From NCBI GenBank assembly GCA_036172245.1, contig JAYWIR010000017.1:682001-746000 (forward strand): a stretch of DNA of 64,000 nt. The letters are read 5' to 3'. Origin of the DNA: Raillietiella orientalis (taxonomy: Eukaryota). Positions within the stretch are counted from its first letter, which is position 1, and each line of letters begins with the position of its first letter. Shown here one piece after another: positions 14,450 through 27,600 of this stretch. A model generated the notes under the pieces. That model had not been told where the DNA came from. It made no database searches and worked only from the letters and a program-made list of their open reading frames with translations. Both the position numbers and the translations under genes were made by a program.

Positions 14450-17400
14450 GATGTTCAGTTTTCCTCACTCCGACAAGCGGTGGGGTGAACTTTTTCAAAA
14501 CTCACATACAGAAGGACAAACGCATTCTCCGTGAGTTGACACGGTATCGTTCACAGCACTAAGTGTCCCTTCTATGGGTCAAATTCGGGACTTTGTGTCT
14601 CTGGGATTTGACCACTACTGGTTGATGGGCGTCCCGCTCTCCTGGGCAGGATATGCAATCTTTTTCAAGATGTAGCGACATGTGTCTGCCGATATCCTTC
14701 GGAATAAGTCCTCTCGTGATGTACACGGCAAGTGTTGCTTTTCTTGCTCCTCTCATTTTTGTCCCTCTTATCTCAATGCTTGTGATGAAGAGGACAATCG
14801 TTGTTCGTACTATCGGATTGTATCGAGGAACGATGCCGTCTCCTTTTATCAATCCCGTCAGGATTTCCATCCTTGAACTCGTCTGCAGATTCACAGTCTT
14901 CAGCGCTGTCTAGTCCTGGCTCAGTGTTGGGCAGGTGAGCATGTGAAGATGGGTTTCCTTGTCCCCATAAGCCTTGCGGAACCCGTCTTGGATGTCACCT
15001 ACCCAGTATTTGATCCTCTATCCATTCAGGAGCTCTTCGTAGTAAGGCATGAGAAGATCATCCTAAGGGTCCAGTGGTAAGTCTCTCCTCCATACTGTCG
15101 TTCCGACTGCTTGCAGGTTGATGTTCTGGATCCTATAACGGTTGGCAGCCATGGCGAGGACATTGCTTCCGTCTTTCGAGGAATAAGTTCCCAGAGAGTC
15201 GTCTTTGTTATTCTGGGCCATACGCAGTTCTTCCATATTTTGCAAATATGGGTAAAGCTTCCTCTCACTTTTTCAGTGTATTGGAATAGTCGCATTTTGT
15301 GGCAGGTGCCAATAGTAGCAAATTGTTCACGGTCCGGAATGGTCGATTCGGATCACGAAATTACCGAATCCCGTACTTTATTGCAGGTTTCTCTACTTCC
15401 AGGCACTAGTTTAAGTTGCTAGTTCTTACCAGTGTCTGTTTCCTTTTCCCAGGTGTGGTCGATGTCCACTCACTCGCCTGGTTTCCCAATTAGGACTGAC
15501 ATCAGGCCACCCGAGCTGTTCAACAACACAGAGTTAGCTCCGTGAGCTACAAATGGCCGCTTGTTCCAGTCTTCGACGAGTTCCAGGAGTTGTCGCGCAT
15601 CCATGATTTGCACGGATTTCTTTATTTAGCGACTTCATCCCGGTCCTGCCGTCTTCACGCGGACGACACAAGAGTTTGAGTCTCACCAGTCTTTCAAATT
15701 CCCTCCACAGAAACTTCCTCTTCCGCTGTTCCACTTCCATTCGAGTCTTCTTGTGCGTTTGGCTAAAAAACGCTCCGTAAAGAACCTTGGGAATGCAACG
15801 CCATTTCACAATTTGGTCCTCTGTTTCATGATGAAGCAGACCCGGGTGTGCTTTGCTGTTTTCCTCTTGCTTTCCTTAGGATTTCTTTCCACAGCATCTG
15901 CAAGCCGAGACATCGCCGATGTGGATTTCTAAATATCTGATCTACTCCACCACTCGGAATCCTTTCTTCCTGAAAGTGAAGAGATCCAGGACTTCGATGC
16001 TCAAAAATTAGAATTTCTGAACCTTAATCTTGAGCCCCAGTCCTTTCTCCATTAACTGAACTGCACCCAGGAACGCATGCTGATTTCTCTCACCGTTCAG
16101 GAAGAAGGGAAGATCGTGCGCATACCCCAGGTGAATCAATCTGTTGTCGCCTATTTTGATTCCTTGGAGGTGGTCACCTCTTTCAATCCTCGACATAGCC
16201 TCCACGTTATCAACAACATCGGACTGAGGGCGTCTCCTTGGCGAATTGCCCTTACCATCCGGATTACGTCCGTGTCGTGTGCGTTAATCTACTGCTCTTC
16301 GAGTATACTTTCCATGTACTGCTGAAGTGTCTTGGGACAACCAGTTTCCTTAGTATCTTCAACAGTGTTCCGTGATCCACAATGTCGAACGCCTTTTTTA
16401 CGTTTGTGAAACCCCGCAGTCTTCGCTGGCGTATCGGCTGCAACTGATGATTATCTGAGCACCTTTCACGTTGTCAGGCAAGCGGCGTCCGGGCACCTCG
16501 CAGGTCTGCGAGGGAGAGATCACCGATGGTAAGGTCGTGCTTAGGTTGGTCCAGATTTAGGCCAACTGCTTGGCGTTCGAATTCAGAATGGAGATTGGCC
16601 TCCTCGGGGTGACCTTCTCCAGGTCCCCTCCCTTGGGCAGCAATCGCATCCCGCTTCCGTGGAGCGACTCTAGAAGCCTTTGTTTTTCTAGGATTGGCAG
16701 AGTGAGCTCGTGGAACGGAACGCAGATAGGCGTGTAATTATGCAGATAGAGGGAGATTGGCACACTATCGGGTCCGGTGTCACATCCTTGCGTGGTCCTG
16801 CAAACGCTCTTTTCACTTCCTCCATGGACATTTCTTCGTCCTGTTATTGTATGCTGACTCTCCCTTGCAACTAGCACAAAATGATCTCTTATTCTATCGG
16901 ACAGAAATCTTGAAATCAGAAATGAGAGCTGTAATGTTGTTCAAAAACTTCCATCACCAAGTCTTCCGGGGTGCAACGTGATCGTCGTGCTGGATGCGGA
17001 AGATATCAGTGACGATGTTCTTTTCCAGTACACCGATTTCTCCTTTGACCGTTGGTAAGAAGTATCGCCTTTCGTACTTGACCTTGAATACTTCGAGAGG
17101 GAATGACTTTCGATGTTCAACTCCAGGTGTGCTTCTGGATTCATCCCCCTGTTGCCGTATTCAAGTTTCAAAGAATAATGTGAATAATGTTCTTCAGTCT
17201 GTCCCAGTCGCCGACTCTGCGAATGTTGGTGCTTCACAGAATCTCCTCGATGACCTTCTTGTTGACAGTTTAGCGTTGCGAACCATGTGGATATGCAAGC
17301 GAGTGCATCCCTGAACCCTCCATCCTTAGAGCTTTTTGGTTTTCAAGGTGAATAGCAGCAGTAGGTGGTTCGAGAGCAGAATCTGCGTGTCTCGGAACAC

Positions 17401-18440
17401 CTACACGTGGTTCCCTATGTTCCCACTTTGCAGGATGTGACCGATTGATTTGTGGCTCGCTGTGAGCCATAGCAGTCAGAAATCTTCAGGCAGCTGCCAA
17501 TGCGCCCTTCTTTCTAATTAATCTTTTGTGCTGTTGGCGTGCCTCAAGACGTTGAGGCACGCCAACGACAATGACGGTGTTCTTCGGTGAGGCTTTGCTG
17601 CCCAGGAGACTCTACACAGACTCGCAAGTGTGTCTCATTGAGCGGTCCGCAGATGTTCACCAGAAACAGGTGCACGCTTCCTAGCCAGAACATCCGAACT
17701 CCAACAATTCGTCAGATGGACGGGCACAATGTTTTCCGGATGGTGTGAGCGATTTCATTCTTCACAAGGATCATCACTCTTTCGTATTCTCTAAGCTTAC
17801 GAATAGTTGGGTGTCCAGTAATCGCTTGAGTTCGAAAATGACTTGGTGACTCAAGCCGTAAGTTTCCTGGAAGCACGGATGCGCTCGCGCTCGACTTTGT
17901 TTTTCCAGACTCCACGACTCGTTGATGTTCCAGGAAGTCGTCTTGATTAAACACGTTCCCTGTTGCTTCTTTCCCCTGGCAAGTATTCTCCAACCCAAAT
18001 TCTCTTTCAAAAAACGAGCTATTAAGACGTGTTTGTTTTCAAAACCCGCAGCTAGCTCAAGAAGATGCACAGCGTTATCTTAAATCCACATAGACTTTAT
18101 TACAAGGCACTTATAGGAAAAACAAGAGGCATGCATTACAAAGACTATGGACGAGAAAGCAGAATTAGGGATGAAAGAGTATATATTTCACACCCCAACG
18201 GCTTTTGCAAATGGTTACCCAATCATGGGCATTGCTTAATGGCAGTTTTACTCAACTCATTCGCTCAATCTTGCTCTTTACGCTTTTGTGAACGCGGAAA
18301 TGCTTCAGCTGGTCTTCAACTGGTTTGGAAACCAATCTTTTGATCTTGGGAGTGGTTCGCAAATAATTTGCCAACGATCGGTTGTTATTCTTGCACTGAG
18401 TGGTACTTTAGGAGGTGCAAAATTCTCTCACGTCGTTCCA
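14450..18440 (-). mobile_element. Decayed non-LTR retrotransposon (L1/Tx1-like): APE endonuclease, reverse transcriptase and C-terminal Cys/His remnants, with a possible ORF1 tail at 18200-18440
   Basis: Minus-strand fragments include TTSWNINE and CFQET (APE, about 17860-17950) and the RT motifs PGPDSVP, RRPISILNSNAKQLA, GRRLPDNV, KKAFDIVDH, IRQGDALSP and LGYAHD (YADD equivalent, 16113-16124). C-terminal KETHLHMLTCP and CISCPGERDAH are also present. Many stops and frameshifts; ends are approximate. Confidence 0.85.
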
Positions 18441-19446
18441 TAGATCGAAAAGCGAGCAAACATAGATTTTTTTAAAACTTATAAGATGATTTTCGAGAAA
18501 ATTGCAATAAAATCAATATGCCTATTTTTATTTTCACAAATCCTTTAAATAGATTCTTGAATGATGATCCTGGGAAAAGATTTTTATTAGGACGCATGTC
18601 GAGATCACAATAGGCACTCTGAACAAATCATTCATCCATCTAGAAGTGGATGGATTTCAAGGTGGATAAAAAAGAGAAGCCTTAGTATGATATGAGAAAT
18701 AAGAATGCGGTACTTTTCTAAAAAGGTAGAAGGAAAATGATGTTGCAGAAAAAAATGAAGTTGAGGAAAAGAAGCAAATCATTTAAATGATACTCAGATC
18801 TTTTTTAAAATACAAACAAGTTAAAAGGGAAGTATTTACTAAAACTAGCTTCAGATTATCGCTCTTTTATCCAAATCATTGCAGCCTGAAAAAAGAGAGT
18901 CTAATTTATTAAAAGGTTTTTCCGTTGCCTTAAGACTTTTCCCTTAATTAACAAATAGCTTTCTGAAATTCATTGTACAATTTTCCTGCTAGAAATCAAA
19001 TTTAGATAATGATGGATGATTATGCGTCCATCTGCGTTAACACAAGAACCTTCTTAGTCGCTAGAATAAATAGAACAAAATGTTGGTCTGTATGAGTACA
19101 GAATCGCATGACTTGAAAAAAATTGCCCTTGTCATCCTGGGAGTCACGTGCTCTCGAACAAATTCCACTGCACCGTTTCTGAAGTCACTGTTACTCAATC
19201 TTTGCAAGAATTCAAAAACTGAATGCGAACGAACGAAAGGAAGTGGACGAAGAGCTATGGAGCTTATGGGGCACGAGCACATGATGATGTGAAATTCTTC
19301 GGTTCTTCTTTTTTCTTCTGCCTCCGCTGTTTTTTCCTTCCAGCTTATTTTTTTTGTGGGGGGGGGGGGGGTTTCTATTTTTTGGGTTCGCTAAGTACTT
19401 CAAGAGAGGTCGCGTGCCTCGCGGCGCACTTGGCTCTTTAACCCTG

Positions 19447-20169
19447 TTCCACGCCACTCGCGGAGGATGCGTGTAATTCTTCAAGATAGGGGGCTCCCCG
19501 GGAGGGGAGTCATCCCTATGAATCTGGGAAAGGGCTCGGATTCCGTTCCTCTCACGCCTGGGGAAGGATTCCTCCGGGAGGGGGGTGGTCCGCTTCATTT
19601 CATTTTCTCCAAAGGGAACCGGAAAGGATGCGCTAGTAGGAATTTCTTCTCCTGAGGGAACTCGCAAGGGAACCGCTCCTGTTCGCTCCTATGAAGAGAA
19701 GCCTGAAGGGACGCTTCCGAAATTTAGAAGGGGCGCTGCTTCCCCGGAGGAATCGCTCGCGCTTCCTTGCACTCTCTGGAGAGGTGGCGACGCACCTGCT
19801 CCGTCAGCACGACTCGGAGGATCCCTCCCCCCCCGCAACGGAGGAGGGTCCGCTCCTTTAAGAACACATCTGGGGAAGTGTCTTTAAGCGCACTTACTCC
19901 ATCTTGAACGAAGCGGAGGAATCCTCCCTGAGTGGGGGCTCCCCTCTCCGTTGCATGGCCGGAGGGGAAACTCCCCACTCCTTGATTATTGGAAGGATCC
20001 GAGGTCTACTCCCCATTGTTCCGGCCTTCATCGGGGACCTCCGGGTTTGAACCGCTACCGGTGCCACTCCCGAATGATTAGGCCAACCATCGCCTTCTTG
20101 CCGGAGTATTCGAACCCGCGACACATGGTGTCACGCGCGGAAGCCGCAACCACAGTCTCCGACGCGGGC
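19447..20169. repeat. GC-rich dispersed repeat, copy 1 (inverted relative to 29478-30199)
   Basis: Shares long blocks with the reverse complement of 29478-30199, e.g. ttccacgccac, gtaattcttcaagataggggg, tccgttcctctcacgcctgggga and ggtttgaaccgctacc. Both copies are about 720 bp. Confidence 0.9.
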
Positions 20170-20434
20170 TATGGAGCGCGAGCACAGGAGGAAACCTTTC
20201 GCTTAAAGAGAAAGCTCTTTAAGCGCTCCAGTATGTTTTTCTTCGTCCTCCAGCAGTATAACTGTAAAGTAGTAGCTAGAAATTCTGGAACATCATAAAA
20301 AAAATTGAATCTTCAATATTTGAACAGAAATTTTTTCTCTTCAGGACGATTTTTCATCGAACTCTATTTCGCAAGCACAGTTCTGCAGGCAATGCAGGAG
20401 ATTCTCAATGATCTTTTCCTTCGATTAGCAACGT

Positions 20435-20568
20435 AAGCTCGCGGAACAGACGCATAGGCGTGTAATAACGCGGGTAATGGGAGATTGGCACACTATCAGG
20501 TAGGTCCAGCTGCCACCCCCTTGCGTAGTCCCGCGGACTCTCTTTCCACTTCTTCCATCGATATGTTG
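20435..20568 (-). mobile_element. Short fragment of the same L1/Tx1-like LINE family (RT N-terminal region)
   Basis: Aligns with 16715-16830 (ataggcgtgtaat...gggagattggcacactatc...ccttgcgt.gtcc...cacttc.tccat.ga). Confidence 0.8.
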
Positions 20569-21626
20569 ATTGTTTATGTAGAAGACTCCCTGAATTGTGT
20601 TTTTGTTTACAAACATTAAAAATCTATTCTAAAATGCTGCCCTGCTCCAAACTGAATGCTGAAAACGACTGTTGAAAACCACATCAAAAGATTGGAAGAA
20701 CATCTAGAATTTAGAATTAAATTCGTTCTAGATAATTTTTGCGAAGGGAATCGAAGAGATAATCATCGACAACCGTGTGTTGTTGATGATGCCATCAACT
20801 CTTGAATAATTCCGACTATGGAAGAAGATTATATTGGAAAGAGAAAAAGTTCTAAGAATTTGAAAACCCTGAGTCAAAATTGGAAGAAAATAAATAAGGG
20901 ATGGATTTAGCGCGGGATCTACTCATGATCATCACTTACAGGAGCACTTTAAAGCACAAATACAAAATTTTGGCATTATTCAAAATTTTTCCGAAATATG
21001 CTTATGAAGATACATTAAAGAGCCACATAGAAACCAGTAATACTTTCTGTAGAATATTCTAGTTCTAAGCAGAAGAACAAACCAATACATTATGTACTGG
21101 GATTCAATCTCTTAGTAGAATGTATGCAAAAGTCCTTGGAATTTGTTCGATGCGCAAATAATAATTTAAGTCCTGTGCAAGATCACTATTCGTGTTTGGC
21201 AGTGCCATGAAGATTTGATAGATTTTCTTCTTATCATTTTTTTATGTTAATCAGACGTTATGATTGTAGAAGCGCTCTTTATCACGGAGCTTCACAGGCT
21301 TGGAAATCGTTCAAAGTCTAGGTGGGAGGAGAATCTGAAAACAATGCTGAAAAGTCATGCAAAGTGATTAATTAGTCAGTCAGGTACACGAGAACCATCA
21401 GTCAAAGACCCGGGAACTTTTTCCCAAAAAGATCAGGAAAGGCAATTACCCTGATCCAGCTTTTCATTTCGTCACCCTTGTAGAGATCGATGTATTCAGA
21501 TACTTTCATTAATTTTCAACACAGTGCAAGCATCCCGCAAAACATCTGTGTCATGCAGATAAACGATAAAAACTAAATAAGAGAGGTTTCTTTGGAGAAA
21601 ACCCATAGAGGAAGGAATTGCAAATC

Positions 21627-24600
21627 ATGAACCTTATTCCTTTTTCTGTTTCCCTTTTGGGGTTTGCCTTACAAAGTGAATCATTTGTTCCAAAGTTCAA
21701 CGAAAAATCAGATATATTTGAACTCCATATTATACACATGTCTGATTTCCATGCTCGCATGGAACCGCTACAAGACATCTTCCACTCCTGCAAAAAGGAA
21801 CCCTGCTTCGGAGGAATTGCTAGGAATGTATATATGCTGAAGGAGCTCCAGAAAAAGTACAAAAACAGTATCGTTGTGTCATCAGGAGACTTTTTCTCAG
21901 GATTCGTATGGTTTTCCGTTTTCAACACAACGGTCTTAGTTCCGTTCATGAAACTCCTCCCTTTTACAGCCATGGTATGTATTTCATTATCTGTTTATTT
22001 AAAATGCCTACGATCGTTGGCCTTAAACGAAATGCAAATCTATTCTATTCATTGGGCTGCCATGGGCTGCAAGCAACGTTACTCGAGCAATCGTGTGACA
22101 AATGCTTGGAGCTCATCAAATTCGAATACATGGGCGCTTTCTTTCTTGACTTCATTGCTGGAAATTCTCTCATCTTCTGTTCAGAAGAATGCATCCATTA
22201 CTAGATTAAAAAATTTGTCTTCTGCTGCAAGTTACTGAAAACTTCATGGAAAGGACAGTGCCCCGCAGTCACAAAAGTCGTAGGCAGCATCCAATTCGTT
22301 CGACTGACGTTTTCCGCAGTTTCAATTCGGGGTGCACCTTGAATTAGCCATCCATCGTACTCACTTGCCCTTCCCACAAATGCTTTAATTTCTGTTGAGA
22401 TGAATCCTTTTTACTTATTATCTACGGACTTGGAATATGCAGTACAACTTTTGATTGCATGCCACTTGCTAAGTGAAAAGGCTAAAAAAGCGAGTGTTCG
22501 TTGGGCTTTCTTCCTGAAATTGCAAACAACCTTTGTATGATGTCATCCATAAGTAGCCGAATATCCCAGTGATGTGAATTCAGCCGTTCATTAACAAAAT
22601 GAATGATGTAATGTTAAACTACAACTGTCGTTTTTTCTATATGATGCGCACATTTGCTTCTTTAATGCGCATCAATGCCATGTTTATGAATGTTATTGCT
22701 CTGTTATAAAAACCTTTTATAATGAAAAAATAATATTCATAAACGTTTCCTCTTGTTATGTACATTGCTGAGCGAATCTATAAATATATGTCCAGCACAT
22801 AGATTGATTAAGAGAATAAAGTGAAAAATAAGTAAAATTCTCACTATTTCCCAAGAAAGAGAGAGACGCACATTTCAGTGTACGAAGACTCCTTTAGCGA
22901 AGGTCAGGCGATTCGAGTATTCCTTCAGAGGTCGCTGTTTGAACGAACAACACTCTTGTATAAAAATCGCAGCGTCAAGTAACCCAGGCATAAATCTAAG
23001 TGTAAAAGTTTCTTCAGACTTTTTAAGATTCAGTCTCCAATGCAACCAAAACAACTCAGGATAGCTCAGTATTGGTTTGCCCGCCAAAGCTAATTATCTG
23101 TTGGAAGTACCTGAAGCTTCTAATCCACTCCATATGCTGAGGATGACTTGATTAGGTCGTCAGATTTGGTTTCTGGTTCCCATTGATCCTTTTACACTGC
23201 CACTGTGAACAGAGATCTATCTGCTTTAGATTCTGAATAATTTTTGAACGCCATTGCACTGCCGACACGAAAGCCAAGATAACGGAGCGAACACGTCGTA
23301 TTCTCTCTCAATCTCTCGGACCACAATCCCGCAAGTCAAAGGCATCCATGCAAGAGTTTTCTACCGGAAGCTTCAGTAAAAGCTGTCAATCAAAAAATTT
23401 CTTTCTAGCTGATCAAAGGGATAACATTTTCGTGAGTTCAGAAATTCGAAAAACGGCGTTTAAATCTGAATGGACGGAAACTTTTATTTTTATCAAAATG
23501 CACTTTTTCACACGCCTTTCTTTATGCCATCTGATCATACTTCTATGAATCAGTCTCTTGATGCAAGGTCTTGACTGCATTCTTAGAAGGTGACTACTGT
23601 ATCACACAATGTATTGATGAAGCCTTATTTTTCAAGATCGATGACCTTCAAAAACAGCCCTTTTTTACGCCACTTTTCAGAGATATGCTTGATGGATACA
23701 CTTCACTGATTTTTCAAAAATTTGCAGAGTAATCTTTACTTACTGTTTCTCTTAGATGGCATTTTCTAGTTGAAAATTTTACTGTCTCTCGTGATATTGC
23801 TTGAGGATTTCGGAATTAGTAGACATTAATTGTTGCCTGAACATAATGCTCACATCCTCATTCGAGTCCAGGAAATAATTCTTACTCTAAAGAATCAAGA
23901 AAACTCGTTGGAGAGATGGGCTCGTGAAGTTAGCAGTGCAACTTAGGAATGCAAGATATTCTAGAGAACTTACTCACGCATTTTTAAAATAGGAAATTGC
24001 TCTGTCTTAGTTCCAATGTATCATAAGAATTTACTGAGATATTTGAAAAATATATTGTTACTGATCTATTGCGAAGGGGTTCATCAACTAAGAAGGAGGA
24101 TATAGTTTTTATAGGATGTGGATATAGTTATTCTAATCATGGCAGACACCTCAGGTGCATCTCGGAGTCGAGAGGACGTCATAGGAAGCGATGAGTCCAC
24201 TTGCATTCCATTCTTAGTTTCACTGTCTACAGCAAAACGTCTAAAAATCTGAGATAATGCTGAGCGGCAAAAAATTGGCCGACTGTGTCTAGCTGATATC
24301 AGCAAACAGATTAAAATGTTTCAGTGGTGAGCACCCGAGTAGCGAATGAGAGAAGTTGTGTTCCTACGTAACGCATGCTCCACTCCACGCAGTAAGGCCT
24401 CGATTCCTTTTCAAGTTCTAAAAAGTTGATTAGCAACCCATGTCAGCATTGGTGAAGCACACGAGTAACAACCTCTTTGTTAGTTGGCACACATGACTGG
24501 GATAAAATCGAGATTGCCATCAGTCTGTAGGTGGATTCTCTCAAGTTCTTGTTGCTCAACGGCGTATCGCATCGCAGTCGCTTGGGTAGCAATGCATCTT

Positions 24601-27600
24601 GTCCGAGCTCTTAACAACATGTTTAGGTCTGCTTCTTTGGGAAGGCTTTTTTAGGGAAACAGGATCACGGAGAAAAGACATCGCTGTGTGAACGCCACAG
24701 CAGAAGGAGCCTACGTGACAAAAGATCAACGATGGAATTGAAGAGTAATGATCGATTATCGAGAAGATTTTCTTTGTCCCACTTTAGTTTTGGAATCCAG
24801 GAGAAGGTAAATCAGAACTGCATCAATCTGCTGAGTCCACAGCATCAGAAAAGTTGAATACACGTACGAAAACGATGCTGGATGTGAACATATGAAAAAT
24901 GCGAATGTCGAGAGATCAAACTTAATTAGAGTCAAGAAGAAGGGAGAGGTTGCAGTTTATTCCTATGAAACAGTTATTGGTAAAAGTATTTTTATGAAAA
25001 AATCCAATCTTAGGACCTCTTTAATGGAAGGGATTGCACTCCTTAATGCTCACCTAATATAGATGGATCTGAAGATGCAGGTTTCAGATCATCGCGTTTT
25101 ATTCATTCGAACCCATGGAGAGAAGGACAAATAAACATTTCAATGGTTTCTTAATAATACAAGAGACCAGTACTCCACTCAAAGAACTGGGGAGATATCA
25201 GAGGACACTGCTCCATTTTGCAACTTGTGTGCGGGTTTTTTCTCTCTTGTGCTCTTTATCATGAAAGAACGAAGGGGACTATCCGATTTCTAAAAGCAGC
25301 ATTCACACCCACAAGAGCTCACGAATGCTTGCTTTTGTGAAACATCTCGATCCCTTGAATATATTTCCAAATGAAATGCTATTTGATTCTCTCTCTTTAG
25401 TGTCTTGGAAACCATGAATTTGACCTCGGAGTTGAGACACTGGTTGATTTCTTGGACACTCTTACATTTCCTGTATTACTGACCAATGCGGAAATGTCGG
25501 GAGAACCGGAACTGCAGAAAAAAGTTAAACCCTCCACAATTATAAAAGTGGGAGGAAAGTCCATTGGGATTATGGGATATCTGAGGCCCGAAACAAGCGT
25601 AAGTTGCATTTTAATTGTTTCCTCAGCAGCACTTAAGAATTGATCTGTTCCCTCTTGCAATTAATGTCTCCATGCCTGTTATAAAAAAAAAATTACAGTG
25701 ACTTTCATGTGTGGCTACTCCTTTTTTCTGGAATTGTGATCAGATTTAGGGGGAACCCTGGGAAGAACACAGCTGACCGAACGTTCAAACCCCAGAGCAG
25801 CCCCGTCCTATACAGGCGAAATCGACTACACGTGCAAAAGAGAAGAAAAAAAATCCTCTGCTCGATGAAGCAGCTGTCAAAATATCATCCCACACATTTC
25901 AAAATGAACCTATTGATTTCGTCCATATTCCCATGCGTCAGTAGCAAAGCTTCAGCTTTGTACATGATGACTTCAGAGATATTGTGCAGGAGAGCAGTAA
26001 AGGAGGGATGGGAGTAAGAAGACCAATGAAGGAGGAAAGCAAAAGAGAAAACGAATGACTGCTCCAAGAGCATAAGGATCCTCCAAAAAGAATCAAAGTA
26101 ATCTTAAGCATGGAGTGCAGAACTCGAGAAGCCTCTTCCAAGTTTCTTAGTATCCAAAATCAACAAGAAAACCACGGACAGAGAACAAATCAAGGAGTCT
26201 TCCATAAAGGAAATCCCAAAATCGCCCTACAGTTATATAGAGAATGCAAGGAGAAGACCTTGAGCTCTCTGGAAAAATGTAAGAAACGAATCTTCTAGGA
26301 AACGGTCGTGTCCCCGAGAAAACGTACCTCCCTGAGTCCGTTACAACGAGAGAAAGTAAAGGAGATGAAATAGGACCAAGCTTGCAAGCATACTGAGGAT
26401 AATACTGGGGATGCGAACAGAAAAATAGCAGATCGATGACATGCCATTGAAAATAGCAAGGAAAAAACCCCCCCAAAAAACATACAAAACCAAAAGCAAG
26501 CTAAAAATGATGTCAGTTCCATCGGTGTCTCCAGGAGGCGAAGGATGAAAAACCTTAACCCGGACTGCATTGAGCACTGACTGGCGATAAGTGCCCAGAA
26601 GCAGAGTTCCGATCCCTGAGAGAATTCGATTCTTTTCAAAGGAAATTCTCTTCGAAGGAAGCTGTTTCATCCAAGGCGGCAGCGAGGAACGATGCTGTTT
26701 CCGTCCAAGTTCAGAAGACTGAGCCTCGGACTGGGAAAAAAGAGGGTACCTGAGAAAAACGAATCGATTCAAAGGTTCCGTGAAGAATCGAAGATCCTCG
26801 AAGAAAAGAGCAGCAACTTTCACTAGAGGAATGCTCCCATGGAAGGATAAATAGATACCTCGAAGCAAACGATCAGTGGACCTTCACCTTGAGGGTGAGA
26901 ATGCAGAAAAGAGGGCAACGTAGAATACAATACACATAAACCCCAAATAACAAATCTAAAGATGATGATACGTTTCGTGAATCCTGAAGGGAGAGCGTAA
27001 AAGAATTTATGAGTAATCGTCTCCAGAAGAGTCAGGGGAAAACTGTCGAAGCCAAATCATGAGATAAAGGTGGTAAGATCCAGGACAGTCTGAAAGGAAC
27101 TTCCCGGACAATCACAATCATTGGATTGACAACTCGTTTCCATATCCACATCTGTCCTCCTCTAAGTTCTCTTGAGATTCCTTCCTGCCATTTGTCGTTT
27201 TTAACAAAGATTCTCGAATTCCACGAGAGCCATCTGTGCAGCAATGGCCTTCATATATTTCCTGGGAGATTGAGCGGGGGATAGTTTTTAATGGAGACGC
27301 TCTCTTGTGCTTAGGATGAGGCCTTCACAGGGAAAATCAAATTCGTCGAGGAAGTCAAGGCTTTAAATGAGGAGGCGAAAAGGCTGAGAAGCAAGAAGGT
27401 GGACTTCATCGTGGCCCTCGGACACTCTGGCCTAGATATGGACGAACACATTGCAAAGAACGTACCAGAGATTGATGCGATTGTGGGAGGACACACGCAC
27501 AGCTTTTTTGACTCAGGTACTGCATTTACCACCTTCCACCCACCCTTCTCCCTTCCTTTAAAGTTTCCCTTCTTTCCCCGAGGAAAAAAAAAATTAATCA

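Noticed and set aside
19442..19456. Minus-strand tggcgtggaacaggg, resembling a tRNA-Lys primer-binding site
   Set aside because: It has mismatches, is not preceded by an LTR-terminal CA, and is only partly conserved in the second copy.
21975..22238. C-terminal part of ORF 21618-22238
   Set aside because: This is read-through into intron 1; the protein continues at 25401 (CLGNHEFD).
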